A stretch of 64,000 nt of DNA from Eledone cirrhosa (Eukaryota): contig OZ024758.1 of NCBI GenBank assembly GCA_964016885.1, positions 34,100,001 to 34,164,000 on the forward strand, given 5' to 3'. Shown here piece by piece: positions 1-12,550 of this stretch. The notes below the pieces were generated by a model. It was not told the DNA's origin and ran no database searches. It saw nothing but the letters and a program-made list of their open reading frames with translations. Made by a program: the position numbers and the translations under genes. Each line of letters begins with the position of its first letter. Within the stretch, counting starts at the first letter, position 1.

Positions 1-1893
1 AATTCATTTAAGTTCATGGTACTAGCTGTCAGAAGTAACTCCACTGTTGGTGAGAATTCATTTAAGTTCAATTTATTAGCTGTCAGAAGTCACTCCAATG
101 TTGGTGAGAATTCATTTAAGTTCGTGGTATTAGCTGTCAGAAGTAACTCCACTGTTGGTGAGAATTCATTTAAGTTCATGGTATTAGCTGTCAGAAGTAA
201 CTCCACTGTTGGTGAGAATTCATTTAAGTTCATGGTATTAGCTGTCAGAAGTAACTCCACTGTTGGTGAGAATTCATTTAAGTTCATGGTATTAGCTGTC
301 AGAAGGAACTCCAATGTTGGTGAGAATTCATTTAAGTCATGGTACTAGCTGTCAGAAGTAACTCCACTGTTGGTGAGAATTCATTTAAGTTCATGGTACT
401 AGCTGTCAGAAGTAACTCCAATGTTGGTGAGAATTCATTTAAGTTCATGGTATTAGCTGTCAGAAGGAACTCCACTGTTGGTGAGAATTCATTTAAGTTC
501 ATGGTATTAGCTGTCAGAAGTAAGTCCACTGTTGGTGAGAATTCATTTAAGTTCATGGTACTAGTTGTCAGAAGTAACTCCACTGTTGGTAAGAATTCAT
601 TTTAGTTCATGGTATTAGTTGTCAGAAGTAACTCCACTGTTGGTGAGAATTCATTTAAGTCTTGGTATTAGTTGTCAGAAGTAACTCCAATGTTGGTGAG
701 AATTCATTTAAGTTCATGGTACTAGCTGTCAGAAGTAACTCCACTGTTGGTGAGAATTCATTTAAGTTCATGGTATTAGCTGTCAGAAGTAACTCCACTG
801 TTGGTGAGAATTCATTTAAGTCATGGTATTAGCTGTCAGAAGTAACTCCATTGTTGGTGAGAATTCATTTAAGTCATGGTACTAGCTGTCAGAAGTAACT
901 CCAATGTTGATGAGAATTCATTTAAGTTCATGGTATTAGCTGTCAGAAGTAACTCCACTGTTGGTGAGAATTCATTTAAGTTCATGGTATTAGCTGTCAG
1001 AAGTAACTCCACTGTTGGTGAGAATTCATTTAAGTTCATGGTACTAGCTGTCAGAAGTAACTCCACTGTTGGTGAGAATTCATTTAAGTTCATGGTACTA
1101 GCTGTCAGAAGTAACTCCACTGTTGGTGAGAATTCATTTAAGTTCATGGTACTAGCTGTCAGAAGTAACTCCAATGTTGGTGAGAATTCATTTAAGTTCA
1201 TGGTATTAGCTGTCAGAAGTAACTCCACTGTTGGTGAGAATTCATTTAAGTTCATGGTACTAGCTGTCAGAAGTAACTCCACTGTTGGTGAGAATTCATT
1301 TAAGTTCATGGTATTAGCTGTCAGAAGTCACTCCAATGTTGGTGAGAATTCATTTAAGTTCGTGGTATTAGCTGTCAGAAGTAACTCCACTGTTGGTGAG
1401 AATTCATTTAAGTTCATGGTATTAGCTGTCAGAAGTAACTCCACTGTTGGTGAGAATTCATTTAAGTTCATGGTATTAGCTGTCAGAAGTAACTCCACTG
1501 TTGGTGAGAATTCATTTAAGTTCATGGTATTAGCTGTCAGAAGGAACTCCAATGTTGGTGAGAATTCATTTAAGTCATGGTACTAGCTGTCAGAAGTAAC
1601 TCCACTGTTGGTGAGAATTCATTTAAGTTCATGGTACTAGCTGTCAGAAGTAACTCCAATGTTGGTGAGAATTCATTTAAGTTCATGGTATTAGCTGTCA
1701 GAAGGAACTCCACTGTTGGTGAGAATTCATTTAAGTTCATGGTATTAGCTGTCAGAAGTAAGTCCACTGTTGGTGAGAATTCATTTAAGTTCATGGTACT
1801 AGTTGTCAGAAGTAACTCCACTGTTGGTAAGAATTCATTTTAGTTCATGGTATTAGTTGTCAGAAGTAACTCCACTGTTGGTGAGAATTCATT
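1..1893. repeat. 1,238-bp (23-monomer) offset duplication: 1-~655 recurs at ~1239-1893
   Basis: Variant series AGTCACTCC, TTCGTGG, AAGGAAC, AGTAAGTCC, GGTAAGAATTCATTTTAG repeats at a 1,238 offset (ORF-track twins 339/1577, 332/1570). Confidence 0.8.
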
Positions 1894-2384
1894 TAAGTTC
1901 ATGGTATTAGTTTGTCAGAAGTAACTCCACTGTTGGTGAGAATTCATTTAAGTCAAAGTATTAGTTGTCAGAAGTAACTCCAATGTTGGTGAGAATTCAT
2001 TTAATCATGGTACTAGCTGTCAGAAGTAACTCCAATGTTGGTGAGAATTCATTTACGTTCATGGTATTAGCTCTCAGAAGTAACTCCACTGTTGGTGAGA
2101 ATGCATTTAAGTTCATGGTATTAGCTGTCAGAAGTAACTCCATTGTTGGTGAGAATTCATTTAAGTTCATGGTATTAGCTGTCAGAAGTAACTCCACTGT
2201 TGGTGAGAATTCATTTAAGTTCATGGTATTAGCTGTCAGAAGGAACTCCAATGTTGGTGAGAATTCATTTAAGTTCATGGTATTAGCTGTCAGAAGTAAC
2301 TCCACTGTTGGTGAGAATTCATTTACGTTCATGGTACTAGCTGTCAGAAGTAACTCCACTGTTGGTGAGAATTCATTTAAGTTC

Positions 2385-4215
2385 ATGGTATTAGTTTGTC
2401 AGAAGTAACTCCACTGTTGGTGAGAATTCATTTAAGTCATGGTATTAGTTGTCAGAAGTAACTCCAATGTTGCTGAGAATTCATTTAAATTCATGGTATT
2501 AGCTGTCAGAAGTAACTCCACTGTTGGTGAGAATTCATTTAAGTTCATGGTATTAGCTGTCAGAAGTAACTCCACTGTTGGTGAGAATTCATTTAAGTTC
2601 ATGGTACTAGCTGTCAGAAGTAACTCCACTGTTGGTGAGAATTCATTTAAGTTCATGGTACTAGCTGTCAGAAGTAACTCCACTGTTGGTGAGAATTCAT
2701 TTAAGTTCATGGTATTAGTTTGTCAGAAGTAACTCCACTGTTGGTGAGAATTCATTTAAGTCATGGTATTAGTTGTCAGAAGTAACTCCAATGTTGGTGA
2801 GAATTCATTTAATCATGGTACTAGCTGTCAGAAGTAACTCCAATGTTGGTGAGAATTCATTTACGTTCATGGTATTAGCTCTCAGAAGTAACTCCACTGT
2901 TGGTGAGAATGCATTTAAGTTCATGGTATTAGCTGTCAGAAGTAACTCCATTGTTGGTGAGAATTCATTTAAGTTCATGGTATTAGCTGTCAGAAGTAAC
3001 TCCACTGTTGGTGAGAATTCATTTAAGTTCATGGTACTAGCTGTCAGAAGTAACTCCACTGTTGGTGAGAATTCATTTAAGTTCATGGTACTAGCTGTCA
3101 GAAGTAACTCCACTGTTGGTGAGAATTAATTTAAGTTCATGGTACTAGCTGTCAGAAGTAACTCCACTGTTGGTGAGAATTCATTTAAGTTCATGGTACT
3201 AGCTGTCAGAAGTAACTCCACTGTTGGTGAGAATTCATTTAAGTTCATGGTACTAGCTGTCAGAAGTAACTCCAATGTTGGTGAGAATTCATTTAAGTTC
3301 ATGGTATTAGTTTGTCAGAAGTAACTCCACTGTTGGTGAGAATTCATTTAAGTCATGGTATTAGTTGTCAGAAGTAACTCCAATGTTGCTGAGAATTCAT
3401 TTAAATTCATGGTATTAGCTGTCAGAAGTAACTCCACTGTTGGTGAGAATTCATTTAAGTTCATGGTATTAGCTGTCAGAAGTAACTCCACTGTTGGTGA
3501 GAATTCATTTAAGTTCATGGTACTAGCTGTCAGAAGTAACTCCACTGTTGGTGAGAATTCATTTAAGTTCATGGTACTAGCTGTCAGAAGTAACTCCACT
3601 GTTGGTGAGAATTCATTTAAGTTCATGGTATTAGTTTGTCAGAAGTAACTCCACTGTTGGTGAGAATTCATTTAAGTCATGGTATTAGTTGTCAGAAGTA
3701 ACTCCAATGTTGGTGAGAATTCATTTAATCATGGTACTAGCTGTCAGAAGTAACTCCAATGTTGGTGAGAATTCATTTACGTTCATGGTATTAGCTCTCA
3801 GAAGTAACTCCACTGTTGGTGAGAATGCATTTAAGTTCATGGTATTAGCTGTCAGAAGTAACTCCATTGTTGGTGAGAATTCATTTAAGTTCATGGTATT
3901 AGCTGTCAGAAGTAACTCCACTGTTGGTGAGAATTCATTTAAGTTCATGGTACTAGCTGTCAGAAGTAACTCCACTGTTGGTGAGAATTCATTTAAGTTC
4001 ATGGTACTAGCTGTCAGAAGTAACTCCACTGTTGGTGAGAATTAATTTAAGTTCATGGTACTAGCTGTCAGAAGTAACTCCACTGTTGGTGAGAATTCAT
4101 TTAAGTTCATGGTACTAGCTGTCAGAAGTAACTCCACTGTTGGTGAGAATTCATTTAAGTTCATGGTACTAGCTGTCAGAAGTAACTCCAATGTTGGTGA
4201 GAATTCATTTAAGTT
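2385..4215. repeat. 916-bp (17-monomer) tandem duplication
   Basis: Identical variant series at offset 916 (twins 2439/3355, 2773/3689, 3139/4055); markers TAAATTC, TTTAATCATG, GAGAATTAAT. Confidence 0.88.
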
Positions 4216-7200
4216 CGTGGTATTAGCTGTCAGAAGTAACTCCACTGTTGGTGAGAATTCATTTAAGTTCATGGTGTTAGCTGTCAGAAGTAACTCCACT
4301 GTTGGTGAGAATTCATTTAAGTTCATGGTATTAGCTGTCAGAAGTAACTCCACTGTTGGTGAGAATTCATTTAAGTTCATGGTATTAGCTGTCAGAAGGA
4401 ACTCCAATGTTGGTGAGAATTCATTTAAGTCATGGTACTAGCTGTCAGAAGTAACTCCACTGTTGGTGAGAATTCATTTAAGTTCATGGTACTAGCTGTC
4501 AGAAGTAACTCCAATGTTGGTGAGAATTCATTTAAGTTCATGGTATTAGCTGTCAGAAGGAACTCCACTGTTGGTGAGAATTCATTTAAGTTCATGGTAT
4601 TAGCTGTCAGAAGTAACTCCACTGTTGGTAAGAATTCATTTTAGTTCATGGTATTAGTTGTCAGAAGTAACTCCACTGTTGGTGAGAATTCATTTAAGTC
4701 TTGGTATTAGTTGTCAGAAGTAACTCCAATGTTGGTGAGAATTCATTTAAGTTCATGGTACTAGCTGTCAGAAGTAACTCCACTGTTGGTGAGAATTCAT
4801 TTAAGTTCATGGTATTAGCTGTCAGAAGTAACTCCACTGTTGGTGAGAATTCATTTAAGTCATGGTATTAGCTGTCAGAAGTAACTCCATTGTTGGTGAG
4901 AATTCATTTAAGTCATGGTACTAGCTGTCAGAAGTAACTCCAATGTTGATGAGAATTCATTTAAGTTCATGGTATTAGCTGTCAGAAGTAACTCCACTGT
5001 TGGTGAGAATTCATTTAAGTTCATGGTATTAGCTGTCAGAAGTAACTCCACTGTTGGTGAGAATTCATTTAAGTTCATGGTACTAGCTGTCAGAAGTAAC
5101 TCCACTGTTGGTGAGAATTCATTTAAGTTCATGGTATTAGTTTGTCAGAAGTAACTCCACTGTTGGTGAGAATTCATTTAAGTTCATGGTACTAGTTGTC
5201 AGAAGTAACTCCACTGTTGGTAAGAATTCATTTTAGTTCATGGTATTAGTTGTCAGAAGTAACTCCACTGTTGGTGAGAATTCATTTAAGTTCATGGTAT
5301 TAGTTTGTCAGAAGTAACTCCACTGTTGGTGAGAATTCATTTAAGTCAAAGTATTAGTTGTCAGAAGTAACTCCAATGTTGGTGAGAATTCATTTAATCA
5401 TGGTACTAGCTGTCAGAAGTAACTCCAATGTTGGTGAGAATTCATTTACGTTCATGGTATTAGCTCTCAGAAGTAACTCCACTGTTGGTGAGAATGCATT
5501 TAAGTTCATGGTATTAGCTGTCAGAAGTAACTCCATTGTTGGTGAGAATTCATTTAAGTTCATGGTATTAGCTGTCAGAAGTAACTCCACTGTTGGTGAG
5601 AATTCATTTAAGTTCATGGTATTAGCTGTCAGAAGGAACTCCAATGTTGGTGAGAATTCATTTAAGTTCATGGTATTAGCTGTCAGAAGTAACTCCACTG
5701 TTGGTGAGAATTCATTTACGTTCATGGTACTAGCTGTCAGAAGTAACTCCACTGTTGGTGAGAATTCATTTAAGTTCATGGTATTAGTTTGTCAGAAGTA
5801 ACTCCACTGTTGGTGAGAATTCATTTAAGTCATGGTATTAGTTGTCAGAAGTAACTCCAATGTTGGTGAGAATTCATTTAATCATGGTACTAGCTGTCAG
5901 AAGTAACTCCAATGTTGGTGAGAATTCATTTACGTTCATGGTATTAGCTCTCAGAAGTAACTCCACTGTTGGTGAGAATGCATTTAAGTTCATGGTATTA
6001 GCTGTCAGAAGTAACTCCATTGTTGGTGAGAATTCATTTAAGTTCATGGTATTAGCTGTCAGAAGTAACTCCACTGTTGGTGAGAATTCATTTAAGTTCA
6101 TGGTACTAGCTGTCAGAAGTAACTCCACTGTTGGTGAGAATTCATTTAAGTTCATGGTACTAGCTGTCAGAAGTAACTCCACTGTTGGTGAGAATTAATT
6201 TAAGTTCATGGTACTAGCTGTCAGAAGTAACTCCACTGTTGGTGAGAATTCATTTAAGTTCATGGTACTAGCTGTCAGAAGTAACTCCACTGTTGGTGAG
6301 AATTCATTTAAGTTCATGGTACTAGCTGTCAGAAGTAACTCCAATGTTGGTGAGAATTCATTTAAGTTCGTGGTATTAGCTGTCAGAAGTAACTCCACTG
6401 TTGGTGAGAATTCATTTAAGTTCATGGTGTTAGCTGTCAGAAGTAACTCCACTGTTGGTGAGAATTCATTTAAGTTCATGGTATTAGCTGTCAGAAGTAA
6501 CTCCACTGTTGGTGAGAATTCATTTAAGTTCATGGTATTAGCTGTCAGAAGGAACTCCAATGTTGGTGAGAATTCATTTAAGTCATGGTACTAGCTGTCA
6601 GAAGTAACTCCACTGTTGGTGAGAATTCATTTAAGTTCATGGTACTAGCTGTCAGAAGTAACTCCAATGTTGGTGAGAATTCATTTAAGTTCATGGTATT
6701 AGCTGTCAGAAGGAACTCCACTGTTGGTGAGAATTCATTTAAGTTCATGGTATTAGCTGTCAGAAGTAACTCCACTGTTGGTAAGAATTCATTTTAGTTC
6801 ATGGTATTAGTTGTCAGAAGTAACTCCACTGTTGGTGAGAATTCATTTAAGTCTTGGTATTAGTTGTCAGAAGTAACTCCAATGTTGGTGAGAATTCATT
6901 TAAGTTCATGGTACTAGCTGTCAGAAGTAACTCCACTGTTGGTGAGAATTCATTTAAGTTCATGGTATTAGCTGTCAGAAGTAACTCCACTGTTGGTGAG
7001 AATTCATTTAAGTCATGGTATTAGCTGTCAGAAGTAACTCCATTGTTGGTGAGAATTCATTTAAGTCATGGTACTAGCTGTCAGAAGTAACTCCAATGTT
7101 GATGAGAATTCATTTAAGTTCATGGTATTAGCTGTCAGAAGTAACTCCACTGTTGGTGAGAATTCATTTAAGTTCATGGTATTAGCTGTCAGAAGTAACT

Positions 7201-8015
7201 CCACTGTTGGTGAGAATTCATTTAAGTTCATGGTACTAGCTGTCAGAAGTAACTCCACTGTTGGTGAGAATTCATTTAAGTTCATGGTATTAGTTTGTCA
7301 GAAGTAACTCCACTGTTGGTGAGAATTCATTTAAGTTCATGGTACTAGTTGTCAGAAGTAACTCCACTGTTGGTAAGAATTCATTTTAGTTCATGGTATT
7401 AGTTGTCAGAAGTAACTCCACTGTTGGTGAGAATTCATTTAAGTTCATGGTATTAGTTTGTCAGAAGTAACTCCACTGTTGGTGAGAATTCATTTAAGTC
7501 AAAGTATTAGTTGTCAGAAGTAACTCCAATGTTGGTGAGAATTCATTTAATCATGGTACTAGCTGTCAGAAGTAACTCCAATGTTGGTGAGAATTCATTT
7601 ACGTTCATGGTATTAGCTCTCAGAAGTAACTCCACTGTTGGTGAGAATGCATTTAAGTTCATGGTATTAGCTGTCAGAAGTAACTCCATTGTTGGTGAGA
7701 ATTCATTTAAGTTCATGGTATTAGCTGTCAGAAGTAACTCCACTGTTGGTGAGAATTCATTTAAGTTCATGGTATTAGCTGTCAGAAGGAACTCCAATGT
7801 TGGTGAGAATTCATTTAAGTTCATGGTATTAGCTGTCAGAAGTAACTCCACTGTTGGTGAGAATTCATTTACGTTCATGGTACTAGCTGTCAGAAGTAAC
7901 TCCACTGTTGGTGAGAATTCATTTAAGTTCATGGTATTAGTTTGTCAGAAGTAACTCCACTGTTGGTGAGAATTCATTTAAGTCATGGTATTAGTTGTCA
8001 GAAGTAACTCCAATG
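3570..8015. repeat. 2,153-bp (40-monomer) tandem duplication
   Basis: Twins 3689/5842, 4055/6208, 4432/6585, 4915/7068, 5358/7511; rare markers ATGGTGTTAG (~4271/6424) and AAGTCAAAGT (~5343/7496). Confidence 0.9.
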
Positions 8016-11000
8016 TTGCTGAGAATTCATTTAAATTCATGGTATTAGCTGTCAGAAGTAACTCCACTGTTGGTGAGAATTCATTTAAGTTCATGGTATT
8101 AGCTGTCAGAAGTAACTCCACTGTTGGTGAGAATTCATTTAAGTTCATGGTACTAGCTGTCAGAAGTAACTCCACTGTTGGTGAGAATTCATTTAAGTTC
8201 ATGGTACTAGCTGTCAGAAGTAACTCCACTGTTGGTGAGAATTCATTTAAGTTCATGGTATTAGTTTGTCAGAAGTAACTCCACTGTTGGTGAGAATTCA
8301 TTTAAGTCATGGTATTAGTTGTCAGAAGTAACTCCAATGTTGGTGAGAATTCATTTAATCATGGTACTAGCTGTCAGAAGTAACTCCAATGTTGGTGAGA
8401 ATTCATTTACGTTCATGGTATTAGCTCTCAGAAGTAACTCCACTGTTGGTGAGAATGCATTTAAGTTCATGGTACTAGCTGTCAGAAGTAACTCCACTGT
8501 TGGTGAGAATTCATTTAAGTTCATGGTACTAGCTGTCAGAAGTAACTCCACTGTTGGTGAGAATTAATTTAAGTTCATGGTACTAGCTGTCAGAAGTAAC
8601 TCCACTGTTGGTGAGAATTCATTTAAGTTCATGGTATTAGTTTGTCAGAAGTAACTCCACTGTTGGTGAGAATTCATTTAAGTCATGGTATTAGTTGTCA
8701 GAAGTAACTCCAATGTTGGTGAGAATTCATTTAATCATGGTACTAGCTGTCAGAAGTAACTCCAATGTTGGTGAGAATTCATTTACGTTCATGGTATTAG
8801 CTCTCAGAAGTAACTCCACTGTTGGTGAGAATGCATTTAAGTTCATGGTATTAGCTGTCAGAAGTAACTCCATTGTTGGTGAGAATTCATTTAAGTTCAT
8901 GGTATTAGCTGTCAGAAGTAACTCCACTGTTGGTGAGAATTCATTTAAGTTCATGGTACTAGCTGTCAGAAGTAACTCCACTGTTGGTGAGAATTCATTT
9001 AAGTTCATGGTACTAGCTGTCAGAAGTAACTCCACTGTTGGTGAGAATTAATTTAAGTTCATGGTACTAGCTGTCAGAAGTAACTCCACTGTTGGTGAGA
9101 ATTCATTTAAGTTCATGGTACTAGCTGTCAGAAGTAACTCCACTGTTGGTGAGAATTCATTTAAGTTCATGGTACTAGCTGTCAGAAGTAACTCCAATGT
9201 TGGTGAGAATTCATTTAAGTTCGTGGTATTAGCTGTCAGAAGTAACTCCACTGTTGGTGAGAATTCATTTAAGTTCATGGTGTTAGCTGTCAGAAGTAAC
9301 TCCACTGTTGGTGAGAATTCATTTAAGTTCATGGTATTAGCTGTCAGAAGTAACTCCACTGTTGGTGAGAATTCATTTAAGTTCATGGTATTAGCTGTCA
9401 GAAGGAACTCCAATGTTGGTGAGAATTCATTTAAGTCATGGTACTAGCTGTCAGAAGTAACTCCACTGTTGGTGAGAATTCATTTAAGTTCATGGTACTA
9501 GCTGTCAGAAGTAACTCCAATGTTGGTGAGAATTCATTTAAGTTCATGGTATTAGCTGTCAGAAGGAACTCCACTGTTGGTGAGAATTCATTTAAGTTCA
9601 TGGTATTAGCTGTCAGAAGTAACTCCACTGTTGGTAAGAATTCATTTTAGTTCATGGTATTAGTTGTCAGAAGTAACTCCACTGTTGGTGAGAATTCATT
9701 TAAGTCTTGGTATTAGTTGTCAGAAGTAACTCCAATGTTGGTGAGAATTCATTTAAGTTCATGGTACTAGCTGTCAGAAGTAACTCCACTGTTGGTGAGA
9801 ATTCATTTAAGTTCATGGTATTAGCTGTCAGAAGTAACTCCACTGTTGGTGAGAATTCATTTAAGTCATGGTATTAGCTGTCAGAAGTAACTCCATTGTT
9901 GGTGAGAATTCATTTAAGTCATGGTACTAGCTGTCAGAAGTAACTCCAATGTTGATGAGAATTCATTTAAGTTCATGGTATTAGCTGTCAGAAGTAACTC
10001 CACTGTTGGTGAGAATTCATTTAAGTTCATGGTATTAGCTGTCAGAAGTAACTCCACTGTTGGTGAGAATTCATTTAAGTTCATGGTACTAGCTGTCAGA
10101 AGTAACTCCACTGTTGGTGAGAATTCATTTAAGTTCATGGTATTAGTTTGTCAGAAGTAACTCCACTGTTGGTGAGAATTCATTTAAGTTCATGGTACTA
10201 GTTGTCAGAAGTAACTCCACTGTTGGTAAGAATTCATTTTAGTTCATGGTATTAGTTGTCAGAAGTAACTCCACTGTTGGTGAGAATTCATTTAAGTTCA
10301 TGGTATTAGTTTGTCAGAAGTAACTCCACTGTTGGTGAGAATTCATTTAAGTCAAAGTATTAGTTGTCAGAAGTAACTCCAATGTTGGTGAGAATTCATT
10401 TAATCATGGTACTAGCTGTCAGAAGTAACTCCAATGTTGGTGAGAATTCATTTACGTTCATGGTATTAGCTCTCAGAAGTAACTCCACTGTTGGTGAGAA
10501 TGCATTTAAGTTCATGGTATTAGCTGTCAGAAGTAACTCCATTGTTGGTGAGAATTCATTTAAGTTCATGGTATTAGCTGTCAGAAGTAACTCCACTGTT
10601 GGTGAGAATTCATTTAAGTTCATGGTATTAGCTGTCAGAAGGAACTCCAATGTTGGTGAGAATTCATTTAAGTTCATGGTATTAGCTGTCAGAAGTAACT
10701 CCACTGTTGGTGAGAATTCATTTACGTTCATGGTACTAGCTGTCAGAAGTAACTCCACTGTTGGTGAGAATTCATTTAAGTTCATGGTATTAGTTTGTCA
10801 GAAGTAACTCCACTGTTGGTGAGAATTCATTTAAGTCATGGTATTAGTTGTCAGAAGTAACTCCAATGTTGCTGAGAATTCATTTAAATTCATGGTATTA
10901 GCTGTCAGAAGTAACTCCACTGTTGGTGAGAATTCATTTAAGTTCATGGTATTAGCTGTCAGAAGTAACTCCACTGTTGGTGAGAATTCATTTAAGTTCA

Positions 11001-11485
11001 TGGTACTAGCTGTCAGAAGTAACTCCACTGTTGGTGAGAATTCATTTAAGTTCATGGTACTAGCTGTCAGAAGTAACTCCACTGTTGGTGAGAATTCATT
11101 TAAGTTCATGGTATTAGTTTGTCAGAAGTAACTCCACTGTTGGTGAGAATTCATTTAAGTCATGGTATTAGTTGTCAGAAGTAACTCCAATGTTGGTGAG
11201 AATTCATTTAATCATGGTACTAGCTGTCAGAAGTAACTCCAATGTTGGTGAGAATTCATTTACGTTCATGGTATTAGCTCTCAGAAGTAACTCCACTGTT
11301 GGTGAGAATGCATTTAAGTTCATGGTACTAGCTGTCAGAAGTAACTCCACTGTTGGTGAGAATTCATTTAAGTTCATGGTACTAGCTGTCAGAAGTAACT
11401 CCACTGTTGGTGAGAATTAATTTAAGTTCATGGTACTAGCTGTCAGAAGTAACTCCACTGTTGGTGAGAATTCATTTAAGTTCAT
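5780..11485. repeat. 2,853-bp (53-monomer) tandem duplication
   Basis: Twins 5842/8695, 6208/9061, 7068/9921, 7511/10364, 7985/10838, 8319/11172, all at offset 2,853. Confidence 0.9.
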
Positions 11486-12550
11486 GGTACTAGCTGTCAG
11501 AAGTAACTCCACTGTTGGTGAGAATTCATTTAAGTTCATGGTACTAGCTGTCAGAAGTAACTCCAATGTTGGTGAGAATTCATTTAAGTTCGTGGTATTA
11601 GCTGTCAGAAGTAACTCCACTGTTGGTGAGAATTCATTTAAGTTCATGGTGTTAGCTGTCAGAAGTAACTCCACTGTTGGTGAGAATTCATTTAAGTTCA
11701 TGGTATTAGCTGTCAGAAGTAACTCCACTGTTGGTGAGAATTCATTTAAGTTCATGGTATTAGCTGTCAGAAGGAACTCCAATGTTGGTGAGAATTCATT
11801 TAAGTCATGGTACTAGCTGTCAGAAGTAACTCCACTGTTGGTGAGAATTCATTTAAGTTCATGGTACTAGCTGTCAGAAGTAACTCCAATGTTGGTGAGA
11901 ATTCATTTAAGTTCATGGTATTAGCTGTCAGAAGGAACTCCACTGTTGGTGAGAATTCATTTAAGTTCATGGTATTAGCTGTCAGAAGTAACTCCACTGT
12001 TGGTAAGAATTCATTTTAGTTCATGGTATTAGTTGTCAGAAGTAACTCCACTGTTGGTGAGAATTCATTTAAGTCTTGGTATTAGTTGTCAGAAGTAACT
12101 CCAATGTTGGTGAGAATTTATTTAAGTTCATGGTACTAGCTGTCAGAAGTAACTCCACTGTTGGTGAGAATTCATTTAAGTTCATGGTATTAGCTGTCAG
12201 AAGTAACTCCACTGTTGGTGAGAATTCATTTAAGTCATGGTATTAGCTGTCAGAAGTAACTCCATTGTTGGTGAGAATTCATTTAAGTCATGGTACTAGC
12301 TGTCAGAAGTAACTCCAATGTTGATGAGAATTCATTTAAGTTCATGGTATTAGCTGTCAGAAGTAACTCCACTGTTGGTGAGAATTCATTTAAGTTCATG
12401 GTATTAGCTGTCAGAAGTAACTCCACTGTTGGTGAGAATTCATTTAAGTTCATGGTACTAGCTGTCAGAAGTAACTCCACTGTTGGTGAGAATTCATTTA
12501 AGTTCATGGTATTAGTTTGTCAGAAGTAACTCCACTGTTGGTGAGAATTC
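9000..12550. repeat. Further copy of the left-domain unit at 2,369-bp (44-monomer) offset
   Basis: Twins 9061/11430, 9438/11807, 9921/12290; fourth ATGGTGTTAG at ~11646. Confidence 0.82.
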
